Assembly: GCA_052426225.1 (NCBI GenBank)
Contig: JBNJNM010000010.1
Location: 186,001-250,000 of the forward strand
Source of the DNA: Zancudomyces culisetae HAW-14-8
Lineage: Eukaryota > Fungi > Kickxellomycota
Length of the DNA stretch: 64,000 bases
Direction of reading: 5' to 3'
The notes under the pieces were generated by a model, which made no database searches, had not been told where the DNA came from, and saw nothing but the letters and a program-made list of their open reading frames with translations. This document shows positions 1-11,152 of this stretch, one piece after another. Both the position numbers and the translations under genes were made by a program. Each line of letters opens with the position of its first letter. Position 1 is the stretch's first letter.

Positions 1-210
1 GGTGACACTACCGAAACTGACGAGGATCAGTCCCAACCTGATGTTCATAACCATCACGCAATAAAACACAGCTATTCGTTAGACAAGAAAAACGAACGCA
101 ACGATTCAAATTCATGTAGAAAACACAATAGTCTAAAAACACTTTCTAATTTATCTGCTCAGGAACTCAAAATGTTTTACGAAACAAGTAAAAACAATCC
201 ATTTGGCTAA
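1..210 (+). CDS. 3' end of a gene truncated by the window edge; low-complexity tail ending ...KNNPFG*
   Basis: Frame 1 is open from base 1 to TAA at 208-210 (GDTTETDEDQSQPDVHNHH...QELKMFYETSKNNPFG*), followed by a pyrimidine-rich 3'UTR-like tract; convergent with the hydrolase gene. Confidence 0.55.
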   Translation, partial: GDTTETDEDQSQPDVHNHHAIKHSYSLDKKNERNDSNSCRKHNSLKTLSNLSAQELKMFYETSKNNPFG

Positions 211-304
211 CTTTGTAACATATATAATCAAATCCCCTTCCCTTCCCCCTTTCTCTCATCCTTTCTTTTTTTATACTTTTTTCTTTTGTAATCCTCCATC
301 ATGA

Positions 305-3300
305 CTAGCCACATCGAATGTTGTAATCTACATTCAATCCTAGGCTTTCGGATCTATAGTATTGTACACTCTCTTCCCTGGCATTTGCAAAGCTTCTACC
401 AAACGGTGATCTTAAGAACTCCAGTTTGGGATTTTCGTTTGGTTGCTGTTGAAATCTAGATTGGAGGTAAATACGCGTTGGTGATGATAACGGTGTTGGC
501 GATGGTGATGGTGTTGGCTCTGTTGTTGTTGCTGTTGTTGTTTTTGTTGTTGATACCATTAACAATGATCCTGGTGGCTCCGTCTGTGTTTTTTGCAGTC
601 CCTTTTGTATATTTTTTTTATAGGTTTTGTTGTTTATGAAATAGTGGTTCATGTTGCTGCAGTATGTTGTTAGTATTGGTCTTTTACCTTGTTTATCATT
701 TTTGTTTACAGTATTACCATTGCCAATATTACTTTTAGTACTATTACTGGTAACGTTACCACTCTGATTGTTGCCATTCTCGACATTGGTAAGGCTTCTT
801 CTACCGATTCCTCTTGGCACCTCGCTTTGGCTCGACAACATCTTTGGTTCTTGGTATTCATTCCCGGTCTTGATAACCACCTTGATCTTCTTACTCTGCC
901 CCACTCCTTTTTGTTTACTTTTTTTCTTGGTCACCATCTTTATCCACATCTCATCATTGATTGCTGATTCAATACAACTTATATAGCTTAGCGGTGCCTG
1001 AATATATCCCATATGCCCTGCTCCCTCTATCTCAAAAAATGGGCATTCGAAACTCTTTGCTAGTTCTCGACCCTTGCCGACCTTCACCACCTGATCTTTA
1101 CTTCCATGAATCACCACAAATCTTTTTGCTACTACATTCCTCCTTTTCCTAATACTCCTTCTCCTTTCCTTGCTGACTCTCCGTTCTTTTTTCTCCTCAC
1201 ATTTTTCTTCCTTTCCTTCCTTTCCTTCCTTTCCTTCTTTTCTCTCTTTTCCTTCCTTTCCTTCTTTTCTCTCTTTTCCTTCCTTTCCCACTCTTTTCAA
1301 CTGCTCACACGAGCTAACACCCAAAACAAATTTCTGATTATGCTTTCTTTTTTCGCCCATTCCCTTTTCTGCCCTCTCTCTGCTCTCTTCTGACTTTTTC
1401 GTGCCCCAAACCTTTATTAAATCTTGTAATTTTTTGGCATTGTTTTCTTCCTCATATACTCCCAATATCAGTTCTTTTATATCTCGCGTACTGATATTAT
1501 GCCCTAAGGCTGCTGCCAGTTGGTTAATATCTCCTGTATGTGTCTTCCAATGTTCCAACATCGTTTTCTTTTGTATATCTGTACGCTTTACAGGTGACTC
1601 CGTCTGCATTCTAGCCAATCTGCTTCTTCTGTTTATAAATACATTACTTGATTTATCACTACCCCTCAATCTATAGTCATTATCACTGAAATAGGCTCTT
1701 TGAGTATGTTTTTCATCACTGCTGTTTCCATATTTTTGTCGTTTCATGTCCGCCAGCGCGCTATCATCTTTTCCTTTTAAATTAGGGTTTACACTCTCAC
1801 TATCCGACAGTTCATCACTTTCATTAGCCGATGTTTCATCATCATGTTCTTCCTGACTATTTTCGTCAAAATCACCATCACCATCATTATCATTATCAAC
1901 ACCCCTGATTCCACCTATTCCCAGATCCCCGTCTACTTCTTTACTATCCTGTTCAGTATGTATGTTTTTACTACCTCCACCATCTTCCTTACTTATAAAG
2001 CCATTATTTTCATTTTTTAATTCTTTACTATTTCCCGCCTCACTAACACTGACCTCCCCGTCCACGCATTTTTTATGACTAGCCCTCTCCGCGCTCAATT
2101 CAAAAACAGCCTTTAACACTTTTTTGTTGGTGTATTGTTTAATCTCCTTATTCTTGACAGTATCCAGCATAATTTTATTACTTTTATAGTCAAAACTACT
2201 GTTTAACCACTTTTTTGTAAATGCTATATCCAATATTGGTTCAATATTCCCTGTAACCAAAAGAAACCCCTTTAAAGTAAGCATCATCTCTCCCTTTGTC
2301 AGCGTTGACCCAATTATTGTCTGATACGTATTCATAAATATTACGCTTTCATATTTTCTGCTCTCTGCCTTTGCAAGTAAGCACATTTGTTGCAGTATCA
2401 TTCCTCCAAGCGATATCCCTATCAAATGAACGTTCTCTTTCCATCCTATATGATCTAAGAGCTTTAGTGCATCCTTTGCCAGCTGAACTACAGTGTACGG
2501 ACCCGCCTTTAATGAAGATCTTCCACTCCCTCTATTTTCGAATACACATATCTGATATTCTTCCTTTTTTCCGAAATACTTTGATAACATAATCCAGTAC
2601 TCTACAAGCCCCATAACACCCATGACAAAAAATAATTTTTTTGGTCCAGTTCCATGAATCTCGTAGTATAGCTTTACATCACGGTCCTTTTTGCTGTCTC
2701 TACGACTAACATCGCAATACCCCGACTCAATTATGTTCACATCATTCATCCAATTTTCAAGTATATCTTTCAGCTCTTTGTACGCAGCATCTCTATTTTT
2801 TTCGTTCAAATTTTGAGTGTTACGATTAATTTCGTTAATTATCAATTCGTTTGCCTTTTCTTTAGCTGGAATAGAATTTTTCTCCCATTTACTCGTATCT
2901 TCACAAACTTTTTTATCGATGAACACAAATTCTTTTTCATCGCTTTTTGTACTACCCTGATCTACTTGATCTCCGCCTTCGACTATACTTTTGCTACATA
3001 TGTCTGTGCCTACTCTCGTGAGATTTGTATTGCTTAGAGTTTTTTCGTTCAATCCCATATCATCACTTTCATGACCAGAAGCAAACACCATTTCCGTGCT
3101 CACGATCGCACCAAAGCTTATCTTTTTTCTGAGAAATTGCATCGGCTTTTCAAAATACTTTGCTACCCTTATTGTGTGTGCTTCCTCTGTCTCAATATCA
3201 CCTTTTTTATTGTTCTCTTTTTGTTCTTCCTCCTGTCTACTGAGATTATTGTTTGAGTCTATAATGTCATTATTTTCACTATTTTCCTGAATACCGCTGG

Positions 3301-3526
3301 ATATAACTTTTTGCATTATGCCCGATTTCTCAGCCGCTCTCCTTTTATTTGCACCCGAGACATTTGTTCGTTTATTCTCGTTGCTTTTCTTTGTATTAGC
3401 CGAGGCACTCGTATTCTCTGCAACCGGAGCTTGTACGCACTCTTTTTTTTGATTTTTTTGTTTGTGATCACCATACTGTGCAAGCCCAAATATCTTATGC
3501 AGCGGATATTTGATAGTAGTGAACAT
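305..3526 (-). CDS. Alpha/beta-hydrolase fold protein (1073 aa) with large low-complexity insertions and extensions
   Basis: LYYEIHGTG, FENRGSGRS, nucleophile elbow GISLGG (2402-2419), acid motif IHGSKDQVV (~1091-1108) and His motif GAGHM (~1009-1027); uninterrupted ORF. Confidence 0.85.
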   Translation of the reverse strand: MFTTIKYPLHKIFGLAQYGDHKQKNQKKECVQAPVAENTSASANTKKSNENKRTNVSGANKRRAAEKSGIMQKVISSGIQENSENNDIIDSNNNLSRQEEEQKENNKKGDIETEEAHTIRVAKYFEKPMQFLRKKISFGAIVSTEMVFASGHESDDMGLNEKTLSNTNLTRVGTDICSKSIVEGGDQVDQGSTKSDEKEFVFIDKKVCEDTSKWEKNSIPAKEKANELIINEINRNTQNLNEKNRDAAYKELKDILENWMNDVNIIESGYCDVSRRDSKKDRDVKLYYEIHGTGPKKLFFVMGVMGLVEYWIMLSKYFGKKEEYQICVFENRGSGRSSLKAGPYTVVQLAKDALKLLDHIGWKENVHLIGISLGGMILQQMCLLAKAESRKYESVIFMNTYQTIIGSTLTKGEMMLTLKGFLLVTGNIEPILDIAFTKKWLNSSFDYKSNKIMLDTVKNKEIKQYTNKKVLKAVFELSAERASHKKCVDGEVSVSEAGNSKELKNENNGFISKEDGGGSKNIHTEQDSKEVDGDLGIGGIRGVDNDNDGDGDFDENSQEEHDDETSANESDELSDSESVNPNLKGKDDSALADMKRQKYGNSSDEKHTQRAYFSDNDYRLRGSDKSSNVFINRRSRLARMQTESPVKRTDIQKKTMLEHWKTHTGDINQLAAALGHNISTRDIKELILGVYEEENNAKKLQDLIKVWGTKKSEESRERAEKGMGEKRKHNQKFVLGVSSCEQLKRVGKEGKERKEGKEGKERKEGKEGKEGKEEKCEEKKERRVSKERRRSIRKRRNVVAKRFVVIHGSKDQVVKVGKGRELAKSFECPFFEIEGAGHMGYIQAPLSYISCIESAINDEMWIKMVTKKKSKQKGVGQSKKIKVVIKTGNEYQEPKMLSSQSEVPRGIGRRSLTNVENGNNQSGNVTSNSTKSNIGNGNTVNKNDKQGKRPILTTYCSNMNHYFINNKTYKKNIQKGLQKTQTEPPGSLLMVSTTKTTTATTTEPTPSPSPTPLSSPTRIYLQSRFQQQPNENPKLEFLRSPFGRSFANAREESVQYYRSESLGLNVDYNIRCG
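1203..1290 (-). repeat. Coding tandem repeat (27-bp unit; GKEGKERKE) in the hydrolase insertion
   Basis: ttccttcctttccttcttttctctctt is repeated at ~1222-1275; it encodes GKEGKERKEGKEGKERKEGKEGKEGKEEK. Confidence 0.8.
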
Positions 3527-6253
3527 CGTTTTTTGCTTTTTTTTTCGCTTTTAGTACTTTTTTTTTATCGTTACTGTACGTCCATGAATGGTTATTCTCT
3601 GTTTTCGATCTCACCTCTATGGGCATAGCATTTTTTGAGTTGGAAACTGTACAAGCCCGATTTTAGAAACAAAATTCGATTTTTGTATGCAAAGATACAT
3701 ACGCTCTACGATTTTCAAAACCCTTTATTTAAATCTAACCTTTCCGCATCTCAGGCTCCGCTTGGCAGAATTTTTTCTTCATCCCTGTGATTTTTTTTTT
3801 TGATTTCGTTACATCAAACATTGTCCAATGATTTAATAGGTAACTCATGCTGACCAAAATCGGCTAATAAAAAAAACCCAGATTGTTTTTAGAATCATAC
3901 CCCATTTGACGCACTTAAATTAAATATGTCAAATATTATGTTATTCACAAATTTTGATTCGGAAGGTTCCTGTAACATTTACTGATTTCACATTCTACCA
4001 ATAATGAGTTGCGTACTTTTAAACTTTACATTTGCAACACCCTACACTATTGGAAAAAAAATAAAATATTTGTGATTAAATTAATAAAGGCAAGGTATAT
4101 ACGGGGAAGAATATGGAGGAAATATAGCTAAAGAAAAGCAAGAAAGTGAGGTGAAGTGAGATGAGATGAACCGGAGAAAGAAGAGAAAAAACAAAGTGAG
4201 ACGAATCACAGGTGTTGTATAGCTAGCAAAATCCCTGTGTAACCCTTAGAGTGCAAAATAAAGATGCTTAAGGAAAGGGTGGAGATCTCTCTTGCGTTTT
4301 ACCAAGGTTTTGGGTGCAAATTACAGTTGGTATAGAGACCTAATGCTATTGTTTTTATAATCAGTTGTGCAAATGATGGAAAAGCATGTATGCCCGGGCT
4401 AGATCTATCAGTTATGCACACCTGTCTAGTACCTTGACAAATCTCTATTTATAGCATGAATAGGTAATAGCAGTTATTTTTGATGCACGATTGTCGTATT
4501 TTGGTTTTTATTAAGTGTGTGTGATACCACAAAAATCTGCTTGTTGTTCTATCTGTATGAATACTTCAGGAGCCACTGCGTAATGAGATGTGTTCGTATT
4601 GATTATTTTTGCCTCTAAACATCTCTACTATCTGAAACTGGGTTATTTTCATACCTTTGCTAGCATAATATCACACCAATGATGTTTTTATTTAATAGTA
4701 ATACAGTTAGGATATCTCGTTAGTGTAAACGTTAGTATGATTAATACTCAAGATAGGTCTCTTTTTCATACACTGTCCAAATTTCTCCAAACATGTTTTC
4801 TTTGGAACAATCAAGGGTTTTATATTTGTGAAAATTAATTTCCATATTAAACACTTTAGGATTGATATCAAACAATAAATTTGTATCAAGAGATAGAAAT
4901 ATAGTATTACCTTTGGCTCTTGGTTATTTACTTGGGTAAGAGTTATCACATGCTACATTGTGACTTATTAGGTAGCCATAAACGTTATTATAGATGCGTA
5001 ATATAAAATACTGAACCATTTAGCCTGGTTTATGCAATTATTTGTTTTTTTGCGATAGAGTATAAACATATGGACTTTGTTTTTATCAAATATAAACATT
5101 AAAACAAAACTAATATCTTCGTATTAAAAGTCTGGAATGTTATCAGCTGTTACTTTTATAAATGGCATTTTATTCTGTTTATACTTTGAGTTTATATCGA
5201 TGTTGTTCTTATTTTGGTTAAAGCAGGTGGAAATACCGATGAAAACGTTATTGATGACATTTTTAAATGCTTTTCTTGTAAAAAAATACGACCACGCATA
5301 GTGGTTACATATTGTTATACTAAACTGCCTTCTTCTGTGTTAAACATGTGTACGTAGTAAACCACTCATCGACACGCAGGAGCTACTTTCAGGCAAAAAG
5401 TCGAAATTAAACCCCCTTTTTTATCCGATGACAACAGCTAGAAAGAAAAGTCAATTATTTTCCTACGCAGATAATTAAAAGCAAAATTGAAAAGCAACAT
5501 CAAGAAGTAATTGTTATAGATACTTTGTAAAACGTGGAATTAGTTCTGTTGAATAGCTTATCGCCATTTAATTACCATTTCAAGCATGAAAAGGGCTAAA
5601 ACAACTGCATGTGGGAAAGAAAAAATATATATATAGGGAAGCATGAAAGGTCAAGGAATAGGATTTTAAAGTGGGCGTAGATCAGATATATATTTTTAGA
5701 GGCAGGGAACGCAACACTAATTTTCTGGTAATGTGCGATCAATTCCTCTACTACTGTATCGCATCGGGAAAAACGTATATATTTTCCACGATTTGTTTAT
5801 TGGCCGGCTCATCATTTTGGTGTAGGGGCGTTAGCTTTGGGGATGTTAGGCCCTATTTTTAGCAAGAAAATGGCCTATTGAGCGTGACAGTGGGCAGCTA
5901 GGATTCGGGAATTAACTCACCAATAAGATTCCGAATAGCAATTCCATGCGAACTAATTGGCAAATTTCTAGCCTTTTTTTTTCTCTTCAAATTTTCCTTT
6001 GCTAAATTATTAATAAATGGAAAGCCTTAAAGGCTAGTATTACAATATTAATGCAAGTATTATATTTGTCTATCATTTTTTTGGTATATATAAACGAATA
6101 TAAATACATTTGAAAAAGGCGTACTTATTTTGTCCTATCTTGTCTTGTCTTGTAAAAAAATCGGAGATATTAAACCGGGTAGAATATAAACTATAGAACA
6201 CTGAAAAGTGACTAGATCCGGCCGACTTGAATTCAATTTTCGCAATTAACAAA

Positions 6254-6745
6254 ATGAAGCTTTCAACAGTATTTTTGGCATTTGTAGCTACAAATGTGGC
6301 TGCCGTAGATGTGTGCAAATCTGCGATTTCTAAATGTGGAAATGGAAGTGGTGGAAACGAAGCAGTGTGTCTGGAAAGTGTTGGAAAATACATTGTGGTT
6401 CTTGACAGCGAGAAAAACATACCGCAGTTGGTTAAAGCCAAAATAGCTAGAGGTAAAACATATGAGCAGGAACTATACAATTACCACATGGAGTCCTTGA
6501 ACTCTTCAGTTGGTGCAAAGAACAGTAACGTCATATTTAATACCATCGAGAGTGGTGCATCCAGCAAAAAAGGGGCTAGTAAGGATAGAATCGTGTATAT
6601 GGACGAGGTGAACAACCTTAGCTTTGGCGGTTATGTAGCGTACAGTGCCGCTTTAAATTTAGAAATGGTTTCTGATATTTGTTTACGACCTGAAGTCAAG
6701 TTTGTTGAGGCAGACCAGATAGTAACTGCTAATAAAAAAAACTAG
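6254..6745 (+). CDS. Secreted stand-alone peptidase inhibitor I9 (subtilisin-propeptide-like) protein, 163 aa
   Basis: ATG at 6254 in an aaaATG context; signal peptide MKLSTVFLAFVATNVAA; I9 hallmarks KYIVVL, FGGYVAYSAAL and RPEVKFVEADQIVTA; stop immediately afterwards with no S8 catalytic domain. Confidence 0.75.
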   Translation: MKLSTVFLAFVATNVAAVDVCKSAISKCGNGSGGNEAVCLESVGKYIVVLDSEKNIPQLVKAKIARGKTYEQELYNYHMESLNSSVGAKNSNVIFNTIESGASSKKGASKDRIVYMDEVNNLSFGGYVAYSAALNLEMVSDICLRPEVKFVEADQIVTANKKN

Positions 6746-8539
6746 TGTCGTTTTGGTGCCCGCCTCTTATTTTTTTTTATTGTAATACAAGAGTAGTTTG
6801 ATATCTTTATTAGTAATCATGCCTACTAGCATCATTTATCACTTTATTCATCTTTTCCAACAGAAAAATTTGTTTTTAAACTAGTTAAATAAAGCTCAAT
6901 CTTTCCTTTGCTCGTTACCAGGTTCTATTCGGTTATATTTATATGCTATCACAGTTTTCGTGTATTTGCTGCTCTTCTCCTTTAATAATATAACTACTTA
7001 ACCAAATGAAAACTTTATATTATTTTGCTGAGATGTGAATTTTAAGGTTTAATCTCACCATACATGGGAATGGGCTATAATTTAAGTATTGAATATATAT
7101 AATATACATATAATTCTGTTTTCAAACGCATTTCTAATCATGTGCTATGTGTGTGCTGTAGGTGCCTGGGGGGGGGGGTGTACAACTGGTTTAAGCTGTA
7201 TTACATATTTTGATGGGCGAGTGAACTTTTGGTCTTGAAATATATTACAAGATTGGAGCTAGAGTAAACGCCTTCTATAAAACGAGAAGGTAGCAAGTAG
7301 TGCAGAGATTCTGTACGCAATTAGTAAGGAGTACCAACTAAATCAATAATTGTCTAATAAAGTAATCATTTTATTCCGAGTGAGTACATGCTTATAGAAT
7401 CATAAAAGCCTTTTTGCGCACACAAATGTGGAACATCAAAAACCTCCAGTTGAAAGTAGAAGGAAGTTATACAAGAAAAATTCCCTTACCAGGGGCGAGG
7501 CACATGTACTTTGTGATGTTGGGTGGCTGTGATAGCCAGTGCGCTATATTGTTGGAACAACACTTCCAAATCATATGACTTGTGCTGTGTTTCCAAGAAG
7601 TTGATACGAATTAGAAAAGTCCACAGTTAGTGCTTTGCCCTAATTTTGTTAATTCGAGGTATTTCATTGTATTGAAATATTCTGGGAAATTCTTCATTAT
7701 AAAAATAAAAGCGAGAAGTTCAGGAAGGGATTGGATAGAAATTATGACCAGCATATTAGCGCCAATTACAGAATTAAAAGAAATTAGACGTGTTGTCCCA
7801 GGTCATACGACAAAGTTAAAATAAAGGGGCTAATCAACCTAATTGTGTGACTAACACAGGGCACATTCCAACATCTAACAATCTGAAATCACGGCAACTG
7901 CGGATTAAGGTTGTGCATCATAAATAAATAAAATAAAGGGGGCAGCAATAGATCTTATGAGCCAAAAATTTTTATTTGCTTTTGGTTTGCGGCTGTTTGA
8001 TATCAACATTATCATTTGATTTGAAGACGAATACTGGTAAAGAAACGTGATACAAGAGCAAAAAAATATGACCGAAAAGAAAGTAGTAAGACAATTTGTA
8101 ATCCCGCAAATCCCTGAAGTTTTATTGGAACATAGGTAATTGTTTTATTGACATAAACATATTGATTTGCAAATAGAGAGTTTACTTTAGAAAAAGTTAA
8201 TTCAGATAAAAGTAGTATTGTACTAGAAAGGCTGAAATGAAATTGAGAAACAGTAAACAACAATAAAACCAAAAAGTAACAATAGTAACATTATAATTAC
8301 AAGCTAAAACTAAGAGTAGAGGCAGAGGCAGGCGTAAGTTCAGAAATAGTAACATAAGTCAGGTTGTATTCGATAGCTTTTTTAATAAGATTGTTTTTGC
8401 GGGCAATGAGAAGGTGCTGTAAAGTAAGACGTGACACAATCAAAGCGAACAAGTAGAAAGTAGAAAGTAGAAAATACAAAATAAAAGGTTGAATGCGAGT
8501 ATCCACTGTAGATAATAGTAGAAACTATTGTAGAAGAAT

Positions 8540-11152
8540 ATGGAGCCAAAAAACGTTACCGATAATGTTTTTGGGAACAGAAAGCGAGGTACGGCACCGC
8601 TTAGCAAAAGAACACATTTTTTGAAAACCGCAAGAAACCAAAAGAACTGGGGTAATCGAATAGTATTTAGCACAGACTGTAAAGAAGAGAACGACAAAGA
8701 GTATACAAAACACACAATGGATGTGGAGGCAGTAGAGAGAGAAATGGTAAGCACTTTTGAGAGCGAATCTGCAAAAAAGAGAGCAATATGGAATCTGTTG
8801 AATGAGGGTGTGGATAACGATTTTATACAGGAAATCCGAAAAAAGTGGAAAGACGAGGTACTAAGTCCGGCACTATCACAGCTCGAAAAGGTTAGAGAGT
8901 TGTTGGAGAATGAGATAGACGAAAAAATCAGGGCCCAACAGGATTTACAGTCGCTTAAAAAGGAGCTGAAGCAGGATAAGAAGGAAATACTGAGAAATAT
9001 GAATAGGGTAAACGAATTGGAAAGGGAGCTTGGGGAGTTGGTGGTAGAGTACAAGAAAGAAAAGCAGAAGCGAAAGGAGGCACATGATATAATGAGAGAA
9101 GAGATAAAGAATAGACAGGAAATCGAGAGAAGCAGGCTAGGAAGCTGGAAAAAAAGACTCGATTTATTGGAATGTGTAGTGAAAGACCGACGACAACATG
9201 ACTTGTTGGATATTGTAGCATATAGGCGTGTGGCGGCATTAATATCTGGAAAAACGCAATTGTGTAACGAAATTTATACTCTGGATCATACTGGGAATAT
9301 AGAGGGAGTGGAAAAGGGTGATATTGAAGAGGAGATATGGCAACTTTTTTGTGGAGATTTTTCAAGGCTGATAAAGGCAAATAACGAGTTGTACGATCAA
9401 GTAGCCTGTAGAGATAACTTTATAAACGATATGGAAATAGATATTCAAGCAAAAAATGAAAAGATTGATGACCTGAAAAGAGAAATAGATGAGAGTGGGA
9501 GGGATAGAGATGAACTGAGTAGAGAGTTAAAGATATCAAAGAAAGAGTATCTTCAAGCGCAAAGCCAGATAGAATGGGTGCAAAAGCGTGTAGAGGAACT
9601 TGAGACACAGTTAATGATGGGTGGGGAGGATGAGTCTGTAGAAAGGACATTTGTGAGTTCCGGAAAAATAACAACAGGTACTAGTTTATTAAACGAGCTA
9701 GATCACAGGCGGATAGAAGCAGAGGCTGGAAAAAATAGGCTCAAAGAGGAGTATGATGCTTTAATGGAGCGGTACTGTTTTGTGGTTAATCAAAATGGAG
9801 AGTTAATGCAGCGGCTGGACGAGAGGGTCAATGATATGAAGACAATTGAGGTATATGAGGCTGAATGTGCTACTTTGAGAGAGGCATTGGTGAATGCATC
9901 GACAGAAAAACAAGTGATGGTTCAAAAAATTGAATTTTACAAGCGAGAGATCAATGGGATTTTAGATGAGAGACTGGGCTTTTCCGATGAGGAAATATTG
10001 GAAGACTTTGGACGGACAACTCTCGATATCGAGTCAAGTGGTGTATCGGACAAGGATCAGTTGAATATCAAGATAAATACGTTGAAAATGAGGCTTCAGC
10101 AGACTTACAAGAATAGTATGAGGTATAAAGAGGAATTGGGAGAAGCTAAGCAGCTAAGAGATAATGAAGTTCGTGAAAATGGAGAACTAAAAGCTCGAGT
10201 TGCAGATCTGGAGGAAAAAGTGCGGGGGTTGACCCTGAAAAATGACAAGCTAACTAGTCTGGCTAAGGAGAAGGAGTTGCTAACGGGCAAATTCAACAAC
10301 AAGTTTGGGTTTGATTTTTCGGATGATGTTGGCTACTTTTTGAGATCGAGCTCTGCAGGCTCATATGAGGGGAAGCTTTATGAAGGGGGCAACAAGACCG
10401 GTAGTTTCTACATGGATCGAGAGGAGTCAAAGGCCGTGAGCGAGGGAAGATACGGGATATCCTTAAGCCGATCGTGTTCGCGGATTTTTCATATGAACAA
10501 CACGCGTGAAAACAAGGAGGGAAATGCTGATATTGTAGGGTTTGCGAGTCCAACAGTCAAAACTACAAATATTACAGCACAGCCTACGATTATAAGTTCT
10601 AGCATAAACCACTACGATGAGAACGAGGAGAGTGTGTTTGATACACAGGAGGAAATGGAAAAAACGGATAGGTTCGAGAGATTTGGTACATCAATGGGTC
10701 GAAAGACATCATTTGTGTTTGGAGTGGATAGGAAAGTGAACAAAAGTATTTTTGAGGTAGATGGAAACGTAAACGGAAACCAGAAAATGGAATCAATGGA
10801 GCTGAGTTTTCTGGACAGCAATAGCAAAATCAAACAAATGCAAAACATCAGTGAGTCTAAAAGCGGATATGAGGGCGAAGGTGAAAGAGAAGGTGAGGGT
10901 GAAGGTGAGGGTAATATGGGTATTATTGGACCACTTCATCAGTCATCATCAAGACTGACATCGCCAGCATCTTTATCCATAACATCAACGACCTCGGCTG
11001 CGTCTACAGCCATTTCTACATCAGCAGCAGTAACAGCATCAGCAGCAGTAACAGCATCAGCGGCATATTTTGATTTGATTGAACACTACAACAGGCTGAA
11101 AAAGACTATTTCTGAATCAGCCAAAATTCTAACACTGAACAAAACCAACTAA
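8540..11152 (+). CDS. Long coiled-coil protein with a Spindly-like motif (candidate Spindly/SPDL1-like dynein adaptor)
   Basis: 870-aa ORF with heptad-rich E/K/L/R composition over ~aa 50-580; GTSLLNELDHRR at 9677-9712 resembles the Spindly motif GNSLFAEVEDRR; disordered C-terminus. Confidence 0.7.
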   Translation: MEPKNVTDNVFGNRKRGTAPLSKRTHFLKTARNQKNWGNRIVFSTDCKEENDKEYTKHTMDVEAVEREMVSTFESESAKKRAIWNLLNEGVDNDFIQEIRKKWKDEVLSPALSQLEKVRELLENEIDEKIRAQQDLQSLKKELKQDKKEILRNMNRVNELERELGELVVEYKKEKQKRKEAHDIMREEIKNRQEIERSRLGSWKKRLDLLECVVKDRRQHDLLDIVAYRRVAALISGKTQLCNEIYTLDHTGNIEGVEKGDIEEEIWQLFCGDFSRLIKANNELYDQVACRDNFINDMEIDIQAKNEKIDDLKREIDESGRDRDELSRELKISKKEYLQAQSQIEWVQKRVEELETQLMMGGEDESVERTFVSSGKITTGTSLLNELDHRRIEAEAGKNRLKEEYDALMERYCFVVNQNGELMQRLDERVNDMKTIEVYEAECATLREALVNASTEKQVMVQKIEFYKREINGILDERLGFSDEEILEDFGRTTLDIESSGVSDKDQLNIKINTLKMRLQQTYKNSMRYKEELGEAKQLRDNEVRENGELKARVADLEEKVRGLTLKNDKLTSLAKEKELLTGKFNNKFGFDFSDDVGYFLRSSSAGSYEGKLYEGGNKTGSFYMDREESKAVSEGRYGISLSRSCSRIFHMNNTRENKEGNADIVGFASPTVKTTNITAQPTIISSSINHYDENEESVFDTQEEMEKTDRFERFGTSMGRKTSFVFGVDRKVNKSIFEVDGNVNGNQKMESMELSFLDSNSKIKQMQNISESKSGYEGEGEREGEGEGEGNMGIIGPLHQSSSRLTSPASLSITSTTSAASTAISTSAAVTASAAVTASAAYFDLIEHYNRLKKTISESAKILTLNKTN
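11021..11061 (+). repeat. 18-bp coding tandem duplication (SAAVTA x2)
   Basis: tcagcagcagtaacagca occurs twice in tandem. Confidence 0.7.

Noticed and set aside
1490-2070. Intein-like start CVDGEVSV and a later GHN in the hydrolase insertion
   Set aside because: HN is followed by Ile rather than Cys/Ser/Thr, there are no block B/F or endonuclease motifs, and the insert is low-complexity.
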